Source: Myxococcota bacterium (GTDB lineage Bacteria; Myxococcota_A; UBA796; CAJQPC01). From it: DNA of 64,000 bases. Location: positions 82,084-146,083 of the forward strand of contig JAZAMN010000003.1 in the NCBI GenBank assembly GCA_036229005.1, given 5' to 3'. Shown piece by piece: positions 63,987 to 64,000 of this stretch. A program made the position numbers and the translations under genes. The notes beneath the pieces are model-generated. The model did not search any database, was not told the DNA's origin, and saw nothing but the letters and a program-made list of their open reading frames with translations. Numbering within the stretch: the stretch's first letter is position 1; each line of letters starts with the position of its first letter.

Positions 63987-64000
63987 CAGTCCGAGAGGTC

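Overview
High-GC bacterial chromosomal window, densely coding with about 51 CDS. The gene content (Ser/Thr kinase, PP2C phosphatase, FG-GAP and Cys-rich lipoproteins, A2-type caa3 oxidase, three GH57 genes) suggests Myxococcota or a related lineage; that taxonomy is inference. From left to right: (1) lytic transglycosylase, pentaheme cytochrome and PP2C/cNMP phosphatase in an apparent operon; (2) rhodanese-like, FG-GAP and atypical Rieske genes; (3) a type IIA topoisomerase pair (topo IV-like, A gene before B); (4) three tandem GH57 genes plus a GalT-like gene; (5) envelope genes including PBP1B; (6) AlkD-like, USP and TIGR02757 genes; (7) purM-purN-ctaA-ctaB-SCO-coxBACD, where subunit IV carries a duplicated cytochrome c domain; (8) kinases, proS and tkt; (9) a Yeh-like SWIM/DUF5691/MoxR-AAA/DUF5682/VWA cluster split by an antisense Cys-rich gene; (10) a heptamer-repeat intergenic region. 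I saw no rRNA, tRNA, CRISPR array, transposase or integrase. The best candidates for undescribed biology are the Yeh-like five-gene system, the CoxD-cytochrome c fusion with its extra accessory genes, and the very short uncharged lipoprotein signal peptides. Family calls come from reading motifs by eye, not from database searches. Several starts were moved downstream of the ORF-track start using RBS or stop/start overlaps.
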